Below are positions 63,601-64,000 of a stretch of 64,000 nt of DNA, piece after piece. Origin of the DNA: Eledone cirrhosa (Eukaryota). Under the pieces are notes generated by a model. That model worked only from the letters and a program-made list of their open reading frames with translations. It made no database searches and was not told the origin of the DNA. The DNA is taken from positions 319,176,001 to 319,240,000 of the forward strand of contig OZ024742.1 in assembly GCA_964016885.1 (NCBI GenBank). The letters are read 5' to 3'. The position numbers were made by a program, and so were the translations under genes. Each line of letters starts with the position of its first letter. The stretch's first letter is position 1.

Positions 63601-63800
63601 TTAACTCTTTAGCATTTACATTACTCTATAGTTACTATTATATTTTCATGATAAAGGCTCTACCTCTCATAATTATCTCACATAATATCGAATCTATGAG
63701 ATTTTGATATTATTTATTTTGAGAACCATACCTTAACATCAGTATGAGTGGCCAGTTACAGCGGTTTGAACAGAAAGAGGTTTAAATTCTAAAGGGTTAA
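63601..63800 (+). mobile_element. piggyBac-type TTAA MITE, copy 5 (internal deletion)
   Basis: TTAACTCTTTAGCATTTA ... TAAATTCTAAAGGGTTAA. Confidence 0.85.
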
Positions 63801-64000
63801 GCTGTGTCCTAGAGATTAAAAGATGCTTATTTTTCTTCTGTATGATCATGAAGTAGCATCTGCTTTTTGTAGATGTTTTTATTTTCAATTAGGTCAAATG
63901 GCATCTTTTCTTTAGGAGACATTATAAAAGAATAGTAATTGATAAAGAAAACAATAGTATAAGACGAAATTTAGATTTTTGGTTTTCATTTTCAAGGAGG

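Overview
AT-rich, repeat-dense animal genomic DNA. The SINE/RTE repertoire suggests an octopus-like cephalopod (inference). Two spliced housekeeping genes lie head-to-head. On the minus strand is a ZYG11-family LRR substrate receptor of CUL2 ligases: probable 5'-UTR exon ~18175-18360, coding exons 10138-9288 and 164-53, continuing off the left edge. On the plus strand is the nuclear-basket nucleoporin TPR: 14 phase-consistent GT-AG coding exons from 27896 to 63122, 463 codons, continuing off the right edge. The dominant oddity is a ~20.8 kb tandem array (~39730-60510) of a 24-bp G/T-rich unit that fills ~98% of TPR intron 10. It is hierarchically organised (11+13 bp halves, 24 bp unit, ~1.4 kb sub-blocks, three ~6.3-7.0 kb higher-order copies). 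On the transcribed strand it almost lacks AG, has no AATAAA, and is packed with UG repeats and GTATGT donor-like hexamers. The dozens of Cys/Val/Leu-rich ORFs there are by-products of the repeat. The rest is TE debris: a decayed RTE LINE with a PHD-like finger whose 3' tail is shared with many SINE-like copies, tRNA-derived SINEs (some nested), TTAA piggyBac-type and hAT-type MITEs, and CRE- and CR1-like LINE fragments. Coordinates were counted by hand; exon boundaries are precise, TE boundaries are approximate.
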